Shown here: one piece after another, positions 63,594-64,000 of the stretch
Numbering within the stretch: position 1 is the stretch's first letter
Layout of the letters: every line of letters starts with the position of its first letter
Source: an uncultured Candidatus Saccharibacteria bacterium
GTDB taxonomy: Bacteria; Patescibacteriota; Saccharimonadia; Saccharimonadales; JAGQNJ01
Direction of reading: 5' to 3'
NCBI GenBank assembly: GCA_964584895.1
Contig: CAZPAW010000001.1
Coordinates: 37,936-101,935 of the forward strand
DNA length: 64,000 bases
Made by a program: the position numbers and the translations under genes
The notes under the pieces: model-generated
Databases searched by the model: none
What the model was told of the DNA's origin: nothing
What the model saw: the letters and a program-made list of their open reading frames with translations, nothing else

Positions 63594-63622
63594 ATATTAG
63601 CACTAAGTGGGATTTTTGTCAA
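63594..63622 (-). promoter_or_regulatory. Promoter P7: TTGACA-aaaatcccacttagtgc-TAATAT
   Basis: Read directly. Confidence 0.65.
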
Positions 63623-63672
63623 CTATATTTTTATAAAATCCAAACATGAATTCTAGTATAATCTAGGACATA

Positions 63673-64000
63673 GTGAATATTTTGAAAAAAATTGGGCTAG
63701 TTTTGTCGGTTGGGCTATTGCCGCTAGCTATTTACACGTTAGTGTTTGTTTATAGCTTTAATCACACTATTGGCGACAAACAATATCTGACGAAATCTAT
63801 CGAAGAATCAGGTTTATATCTGGAGACGAGCAAAATCATCATCAAGCAAGCCACCAAAGATGATCCTAAAAACAAACTTTTAGCCAAATCGATCACGGTT
63901 GCAGCTTCGCCAGAAAATATTCAAAAAATTACTAATCCTGTCATTGATGCCAGCTACGCCTGGCTTAACGGAAGGACAAAAACACCAAAAATAGTCATTA
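63673..64000 (+). CDS. Membrane protein, 5' part (runs off the window end); GTG or TTG start
   Basis: My own translation: VNILKKIGLVLSVGLLPLAIYTLVFVYSFNHTIGDKQYL..., open to position 64000. Confidence 0.4.
   Translation, partial: MNILKKIGLVLSVGLLPLAIYTLVFVYSFNHTIGDKQYLTKSIEESGLYLETSKIIIKQATKDDPKNKLLAKSITVAASPENIQKITNPVIDASYAWLNGRTKTPKIVI

Noticed and set aside
1-64000. CRISPR arrays, tRNA genes and rRNA genes
   Set aside because: I found no regularly spaced direct repeats. No T-loop (GGTTCGAATCC-like) or cloverleaf candidates appeared in the intergenic regions, and no rRNA-like stretches were seen. This was inspection by eye only, so tRNAscan-SE, Infernal and a CRISPR finder should confirm it.

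Overview
This is a 64-kb chromosomal window from a compact, AT-biased bacterial genome. Dense housekeeping genes, many lineage-restricted orphan proteins, an archaeal-type CarS lipid gene and frequent leaderless starts suggest a Patescibacteria/CPR, Saccharibacteria-like organism; that assignment is inference only.

The backbone includes rpsT, holA, mutM, polA, dnaG-rpoD, orn, msrB, an OmpR/HisKA pair, mscL, gdh, argS, groES-groEL with a CIRCE operator, a murE-like ligase, tsaD and valS.

Four accessory parts stand out:
1. A roughly 12.1-kb integrated element (about 12.94-25.02 kb) appears to split a J-domain-like host gene. It carries a large serine recombinase, a RepA/AAA_25-like ATPase, a tightly coupled operon of membrane and surface proteins behind a structured leader, and a GIY-YIG nuclease pair.
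2. A dispersed set of G+C-richer orphan genes (29.2-33.6 kb, 44.7, 53.9 and 63.1 kb) sits behind a nearly identical promoter: TTGACA-N17-TAATAT-N6-AAGAC.
3. A four-gene orphan operon (49.0-50.9 kb) follows a leaderless micro-ORF and a strong terminator.
4. A three-gene operon encodes a CDP-alcohol transferase, a PHP phosphoesterase and CarS.

I saw no rRNA, tRNA or CRISPR array by eye. All function calls rest on motif recognition in the supplied translations; no database search was run.
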